Positions 62,082 through 64,000 of a DNA stretch of 64,000 bases are shown here, in pieces. Made by a program: the position numbers and the translations under genes. Under the pieces are notes generated by a model. That model made no database searches, had not been told where the DNA came from, and was given only the letters and a program-made list of their open reading frames with translations. Every line of letters starts with the position of its first letter. Position 1 is the first letter of the stretch. The stretch is from Gnetum montanum (taxonomy: Eukaryota > Plantae > Gnetophyta), in NCBI GenBank assembly GCA_015680685.1, contig MNCI01002568.1:984116-1048115 (forward strand), given 5' to 3'.

Positions 62082-64000
62082 ATGGAAAACATGCTGGGTC
62101 TTTTGAGGATGCGTGTAATCCGGGGCAAAAATCTTGCCATCCGGGATTTCTTCTCCAGTGATCCTTACGTTGTTGTTCGTCTCGGTAATCAGGTTCGTTT
62201 TCGCTTGATTTGGAAAGCCTTCCGTTTTTGGCAGTTATAAATTCATTTTCTGTTTCATATTACTTGTGTAAGCTTCTGCTATCATATATATATATATATG
62301 TGTGTTTTACTAACATCAGTTTCTGCTGTACTTCCATGGTTGTTTGTTTCAAACTGTCTTTCGCAGACTGTCAAGACGAGAGTTATCAAGAAAAATGTGA
62401 ATCCCCATTGGGATGAGGATTTGACTGTTTCTGTGACAAACCCAGCCCTGCCACTCAAACTGGTAAGACTCTTCATCTTGAAAGGCTGTTTTCGCTGACC
62501 GACTAATACCAGTGTTATTTATTTAGGTTTAAATTATAATATTTATATGTTTTTTGGGGCCATTCATTAACCTTGACAGCCAGGACGGTATTTTAATGTC
62601 TTGCTTGTAAAGGGAAGCTCCTCTTATTTCTTGTTAAGATTCAGTCGTGAATCCTGTAAAACATAATCATAAATAAAATGATGCTAAATTCACCCTATGT
62701 ACTAGCTTGAGAATTATCCTTCATCTTATTGACATTTAAATGTTACCGCGGGGAAGAATGGTTGGTTTCTTTGGTAAAGAATCACTTAGGTATAGTCATT
62801 CAGGGAGACTTCATCAGTTCACCTTATATAAAATTCTGCTTGTAAGAGCTACACGGACACTGATCCGCCTGTTTTATGATTTTTTAAAGCTTTTGACGGT
62901 TTTCTAGCGTGAACACCAGCTTTCGTTTATTTGGTGTGGCTAGGATGTGGGAATCAAACTCATTTTTTAAGGGTTCTGTTTTTTGTTTTTGTTTTTTTAA
63001 AAATAAAGCTTGTGATCTTTTCCCCTTCCTTGATTTGTATATTATGCCTTCCTGTGGATATGTAGTTCCAATAGCATGCATCCAGCTGTGGTTTTCCAAA
63101 GCCTGGCATGCCCTTGGCCCTAGGGGCGACCAAATTTAAAGTAATGTGGTAAAAAAAGTAAATAACTTATTCTTGTAAATAACAATAAGGTTTGAATTTA
63201 GTGGTAAAGAATGTTGGCTCGGTAACTCTTAAGTCACATTTGATTCCGTGGTTTTAAGAAATAGAAGACTCGTTAAAATCACAAATTTTTAATATATTTG
63301 CTCTACATTAAGAAGTAATGATTTTTCATAAAATTGCACAACATATGCGTTAGATGACCATTTTTTTTTCTGCAATCCCTGTGAAGAATCTTGCATCCAC
63401 TAAAGTGTAAGGTCCTGATAGATGAACAAGTGGTGTATTTTGCCTTTGGAACAGCCATTCCTAAGAAGTTTACCCAACAGTTAAAGTAGTATGATTGTTG
63501 ATGTTAATTCGAGTTTAGTGAAGACAACACATATTGTGACGTACTTTAAGCTGCAGAAAGTACTTTGTCACAGTAATCTTGGTGAAAGTCAAGGTGAAAA
63601 GAGATATTTAGTTATGATCGCACAAGCATTTTTACACTCAGGTGATTAACAGATCACAAACCTTTTGTCCACGCTTAACCTGGTGCTAGAAACTAACCTT
63701 CCAGGTAACTACAACCATAAGTATTTCTCAAGAAAGTATAACCCACATCTAGTGACTTACATTTTATCGGTCACACCTTCAATTTCAATGGAATAAATAT
63801 AAGGTTATTACTTAGTTATAAAGAAATTCCGAAGAAAAAATATGCAAATACTTAAAACAGAAATATGTTCCCAAGTTCCCTGTGGTCTCTCCATTTATAT
63901 AGCAGAACAATTCAGTTTTGATCAGTCACAAAATCGTAATGATGCTGTTATATATTAATACTTAAAATAGTACTTGTTTAACATACTTGTTTGATTGGGT
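62082..64000 (+). CDS. CAR: CAR family gene copy D, partial: exons 62082-62192 and 62367-62462; exon 3 expected just beyond the window
   Basis: MENMLGLLRMRVIRGKNLAIRDFFSSDPYVVVRLGNQ / TVKTRVIKKNVNPHWDEDLTVSVTNPALPLKL. The window ends in ACATACTTGTTTGATTGGGT, the sequence that lies about 10 nt before the exon-3 acceptor in copy C. Confidence 0.88.
63182..63258 (+). mobile_element. tRNA-derived SINE relic inserted in CAR-D intron 2
   Basis: Absent from the aligned copy C intron (about 33388). Contains TTAGTGGTAAAGA...TTTGATTCC and resembles the reverse complement of 22990-23055. Confidence 0.45.

Overview
AT-rich, CpG-depleted land-plant nuclear DNA; the species cannot be determined from sequence alone. 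The only host genes are a + strand tandem array of C2-DOMAIN ABA-RELATED (CAR) genes with the usual 3-exon structure. Two copies are intact (19075-21199, 32147-34157) and one runs off the window end (62082->64000). One is an exon-1 pseudogene split by a hAT-type insertion (13483-14255), and at least two are upstream-only relics (about 24.5-26.5 kb and 27.4-27.9 kb). Most of the rest is decayed transposons. There is an Athila-like LTR element at 1-5261. A 27-kb nest at about 34.5-61.55 kb consists of an Athila host carrying a full-length inverted Athila (AAATT TSD, tRNA-Asp PBS) and an inverted CRM-clade gypsy. There are also a solo LTR, RTE and RTE-X-like LINE fragments, and tRNA-SINE relics. 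The most unexpected signal is a roughly 260-bp non-autonomous RTE derivative (14771-15030, minus) whose 5' end is a degenerate twister ribozyme fused directly to an RTE 3' tail. All calls were made by eye, with no alignment or database search, so TE boundaries are approximate unless a TSD, PBS or PPT is quoted.
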